DNA of 10,851 bases, taken from Promethearchaeota archaeon (GTDB lineage Archaea > Asgardarchaeota > Lokiarchaeia > Sigyniarchaeales > SOKP01). Positions 8,067-10,851 of this stretch are shown in pieces; the first letter of the stretch is position 1; the number at the start of each line of letters is the position of its first letter. Under the pieces are notes generated by a model, which was given only the letters and a program-made list of their open reading frames with translations, had not been told where the DNA came from and ran no database searches. The stretch covers positions 1 through 10,851 of the forward strand of contig JBHLMP010000003.1 in assembly GCA_048938025.1 (NCBI GenBank), read 5' to 3'. The translations under genes were made by a program, and so were the position numbers.

Positions 8067-8957
8067 ATGATAAAGAAGAAAGAAATACCTCAATGGAAAT
8101 TAGATGAGGTAGATAACTTGGTAAATTTATTTAAGCAATATAAGAATATAGCAGTTATAGATGTTGCTCATTTGAATGATAAACAAATTCAAGAAACTCG
8201 GAAAATATTAAGGGGAAAAGCAATTATTAGGATGTCTAAAAAAAATTTACAAATAAGAGCAATTGACCAATTTAAAAATGAATCTAAAAATGAAAATTTA
8301 GATGAGTTAGCAAGTAGCATTCCTGGTCAGTCAGCTCTATGTTTCACTAACATGGATATTTTTGCATTGAAAAAGATATTTAATGAAAATGAATATTGGG
8401 TACCTGCTAAACCTGATGAAATAACTCCAGTAGATATATGGGTACCCGCTGGAGATACAGGATTACCAACAGGTCAAGTCATTTCCGAATTAAATATGAC
8501 TTTACGTTTACCAACTCGCATTCAAAATGATACTATCTGGATTAGAGAAGATACAAAGACCCATGAAGCAGGTGAACTTGTAGAAGTAAAACAGGCAGCT
8601 GTTTTAAAAAAGTTGGGCATAACTCCAATAGAATCGTTAATAAAGATCCATTTTGCGTGGAGTGAAGGAGAAATAATACCAGAGGAAGTTCTATATGTAG
8701 ACACCAGGGGATTCGAACGAGATATGACTAAAGCTTATAGAGAGGCGCTCAATATACTTTTTGAAATGCCATTTTATGTGGATGATATGACTGACGAATA
8801 TATTCTAAAAGCAATAGCCGAAGCTAATACATTAAATGCTATGATATTTGGAAAGGGAGTTCAAGTCACTGCCGAAACAGAATTAAAAGTTGAAAAAGAA
8901 GAAGCTGAAGAAGAACCAGAGGAAGAAGAAGTTGGTATTGGAGGATTATTTGGCTGA
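8067..8957 (+). CDS. rpl10: 50S ribosomal protein uL10/P0 (archaeal/eukaryotic type)
   Basis: IPQWK, PAKP...PVDIWVPAGDTG insertion domain, LKKLGITP, and an acidic tail ending GIGGLFG. Confidence 0.97.
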   Translation: MIKKKEIPQWKLDEVDNLVNLFKQYKNIAVIDVAHLNDKQIQETRKILRGKAIIRMSKKNLQIRAIDQFKNESKNENLDELASSIPGQSALCFTNMDIFALKKIFNENEYWVPAKPDEITPVDIWVPAGDTGLPTGQVISELNMTLRLPTRIQNDTIWIREDTKTHEAGELVEVKQAAVLKKLGITPIESLIKIHFAWSEGEIIPEEVLYVDTRGFERDMTKAYREALNILFEMPFYVDDMTDEYILKAIAEANTLNAMIFGKGVQVTAETELKVEKEEAEEEPEEEEVGIGGLFG

Positions 8958-9019
8958 TTTGGCTTATGAAAATATTATAATCTAATAATAAGATGATTTA
9001 AAATAAGAAAATATTAAAT

Positions 9020-9026
9020 AGGAGGT
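9020..9026 (+). promoter_or_regulatory. Shine-Dalgarno site of rpl12
   Basis: AGGAGGT lies 8 nt before the ATG at 9035. Confidence 0.8.
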
Positions 9027-9034
9027 TTGAAAAT

Positions 9035-9351
9035 ATGGAAAGTATTTATGCTGCATTACTGCTTCATAAAGTTGGAGGAAAAATTACGGAAGCAAATGTA
9101 GAAAAAGTATTAACTGCTGCGGGTGCAAAAGTAGATAAAACTGAAATTACCAAGCTTATTGCAGGATTAAAAGAAACGAAAATAGATGATATCATTAAAA
9201 ATGCTAGTGCTATGCCAGTAATGGCAGCTCCTGCTGGAGAAAAAGTCGAGGAAAAGAAGAAAGTAAAGAAGAAAAAAGAAGAAGTTGAAGAAGAACCTAC
9301 TGGAAGTTTTCTAAGATTTCCTTGTGTACCAGAATTGGTTCTTTATTCTAA
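9035..9351 (+). CDS. rpl12: Stalk protein P1/aL12; predicted spliced CDS join(9035..9305,9335..9351), 95 aa. The unspliced frame ends at 9355 (106 aa).
   Basis: N-terminus MESIYAALLLH..G.KITE..V.KVL.AAG, A/P hinge and charged tail. The conserved G-hydrophobic-G-x-LF terminus (GIGSLF*) is out of frame and is restored by removing 29 nt. Confidence 0.93.
9306..9334 (+). other. Putative 29-nt archaeal bulge-helix-bulge (BHB/BHL) mRNA intron
   Basis: Central 4-bp helix CUGG(9300-9303)/CCAG(9329-9332), 3-nt bulges AAG(9304-9306) and AAU(9333-9335), and exon-exon helix AAGAACC(9291-9297)/GGUUCUU(9337-9343) plus A9299-U9336. Canonical cleavage restores the frame. Confidence 0.82.
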
Positions 9352-9367
9352 CTAATCTTAATAGTGG

Positions 9368-9400
9368 TTTTTTTTTATTATTTTTTTTTTATTTTTTTTT
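9368..9400 (+). terminator. Oligo-T archaeal terminator of the stalk operon
   Basis: Three runs of 9-10 T immediately after the rpl12 stop. Confidence 0.75.
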
Positions 9401-9562
9401 AACTGATTTATCTATATTGTTAATAAAATTATTTGAATACTCTTTTTGAAACATAAACTTTTTTTAAAATTCAAGTTTTTTTAAATTACATTTATCAATT
9501 TGTGAAGATAAACATAATAGACTTTTAAAATTAAAGTAAAAGACACTTGATACTGATCTAAC

Positions 9563-10851
9563 ATGGCAGGAAGATTTCTTAAATTTTTCTCTCCTTTCGT
9601 TCGAATATTACCTGAGATTAAGCAGCCCCAAAGGGAGGTTTCCTTTAAGGAGAAGTTCATTTGGACAGCTCTCGTCTTGATAATTTACCTAATAATGTCC
9701 AACATTCCTCTGTATGGAGTTCAGCTTGAAGAATCCACCGATTATTTTTATTGGCTTCGGGTCATATTGGCAAGTCAGAGGGGCATGCTAACAGAGTTAG
9801 GTATAGGTCCAATTGTTACATCAGGTCTTATTATGCAATTGTTACTAGGATCAAAAATAATCAATGTAGATATGGCTGATCCCTATGATAGAGCTATGTT
9901 TAGTGGAGCTCAAAAAGTCTTAGCTATCTTTTTAACAATTTTTAATGCTCTTGCTTATTTAGCAGGAGGATCATTTGGTAGTTTAAGTGCAATTGGAATT
10001 GATGGAGCAACATTTATATTTGTACAATTACTTTTTTCTGGAATAATCATAATATTGCTTGATGAATTACTTCAAAAGGGGTGGGGTATTGGTAGTGGTG
10101 TCTCTTTATTCATAGCAGCAGGAGTAGCTGGTCAAGTTTTTTGGAATAGCTTTAGTTTTATAGGGGATGAGCAAGGAATACCAAGAGGTATAGTAATTGC
10201 ATTCTTTTGGGTGCTGTTTGATCGTGATCCTAACACAACTATCGGTTCAATTCTTGCACGGCAACAATTACCATCATTAATAGGGATTATTACTACAATA
10301 ATTATATTTTGCATTGTTATATGGTTCGAGTCTACAAGGGTTGAGATACCGCTTGCTTATCGGGGTTACAGGGGGTTCAAGGGTAAGTACCCCATGAAAT
10401 TACTTTATGTCTCTAATATCCCCGTTATTCTCGTCAACGCATTATATGCAAACTTTCTATTTTTCGGTCAGCTGCTGGCAGGTCCAAGCTCTGCATTACG
10501 TGTTTCACAGGGTGGAGCAATTTCCGATTTTTGGGTTGATTTATTAGGGAAGTTTAAAATCCGAGAGTCTCCAACAGGTCCAGGATCTCAACTAATTCCA
10601 ACAGGTGGGTTGATATGGTTACTCACACCACCTTTAGGATTAGCTGATCTAATTGCAAATCCAGTAAAAGCAGTAATATATTTATTCATTTTTACTTTCT
10701 TGTGTATAATGCTTGGGCGCGTATGGGTCGAAGTAAGTGGATTAGCGCCGCGAGATATTGCGGACCAGATACTCGCCTCAAAAATGCAAGTACCGGGATT
10801 CCGTAGTTCCGCAAAGATTATAGAACGCCTTCTGAAGCGATATATACCCAC
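9563..10851 (+). CDS. secY: Preprotein translocase SecY/Sec61alpha (3' end beyond the window)
   Basis: My translation from ATG 9563 is open to the window end: MAGRFLKFFSPFVRILPEI...IPLYG...ELGIGPIVTSGLIMQLL...LLDELLQKGWGIGSGVSLFIA...YPMKLLYVSNIPVIL...WVEVSG.APRDIA.Q...PGFR...RYIP. It is absent from the ORF track because no stop codon falls in the window. Confidence 0.97.
   Translation, partial: MAGRFLKFFSPFVRILPEIKQPQREVSFKEKFIWTALVLIIYLIMSNIPLYGVQLEESTDYFYWLRVILASQRGMLTELGIGPIVTSGLIMQLLLGSKIINVDMADPYDRAMFSGAQKVLAIFLTIFNALAYLAGGSFGSLSAIGIDGATFIFVQLLFSGIIIILLDELLQKGWGIGSGVSLFIAAGVAGQVFWNSFSFIGDEQGIPRGIVIAFFWVLFDRDPNTTIGSILARQQLPSLIGIITTIIIFCIVIWFESTRVEIPLAYRGYRGFKGKYPMKLLYVSNIPVILVNALYANFLFFGQLLAGPSSALRVSQGGAISDFWVDLLGKFKIRESPTGPGSQLIPTGGLIWLLTPPLGLADLIANPVKAVIYLFIFTFLCIMLGRVWVEVSGLAPRDIADQILASKMQVPGFRSSAKIIERLLKRYIP

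Noticed and set aside
9306-9332. GT...AG-bounded 27-nt segment resembling a spliceosomal intron
   Set aside because: Removing it keeps the aberrant frame (TGKLVLYSN) and does not restore GIGSLF. No sliding of the 29-nt junction gives GT-AG ends.
9301-9351. Single-base sequencing error, ribosomal frameshift or pseudogene as the explanation for the rpl12 tail
   Set aside because: A simple frameshift would leave about 10 foreign residues between PTG and IGSLF and would not explain the exact BHB geometry. It is disfavoured but needs reads to exclude.
9449-9536. Imperfect direct repeat AAACATAA...TTTTAAAATT.AAG upstream of secY
   Set aside because: It has only two low-complexity AT-rich copies. 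It may reflect tandem promoters but cannot be distinguished from chance.
2721-10851. Short antisense ORFs in the track (2721-2960, 5488-5676, 5902-6096, 6808-7059, 7276-7641, 8522-8704, 10132-10314, 10588-10851)
   Set aside because: All lie opposite well-supported conserved genes and show no recognisable motifs, so they are treated as shadow ORFs.
1-10851. CRISPR arrays, tRNA/rRNA genes and mobile elements
   Set aside because: No spaced repeats, cloverleaf-compatible GC-rich intergenic segments, transposase or integrase motifs were seen.

Overview
AT-rich archaeal chromosomal window, most likely from an Asgard archaeon (Lokiarchaeia-like). This is inferred from the archaeal-type uL11/uL1/P0/P1 and SecY/Sec61alpha plus a gelsolin-domain protein. 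The minus strand carries aroD, a bacterial-type zinc-lid adk, a gelsolin-domain protein with a C-terminal HeH/SAP-like motif, an HSDL2-like SDR, a degenerate P-loop protein and ThiW. The plus strand carries two tandem FAH-family paralogs, a small HTH-like ORF, the rpl11-rpl1-rpl10-rpl12 operon and a secY that runs off the window end and is missing from the ORF track. The main finding is a candidate 29-nt mRNA intron at 9306-9334, five codons before the end of rpl12 (stalk protein P1). It sits in a bulge-helix-bulge fold, the substrate of the archaeal tRNA-splicing endonuclease. Cutting at the canonical positions converts an aberrant C-terminus (PTG-SFLRFPCVPELVLYSN) into the expected stalk tail (PTG-IGSLF*).
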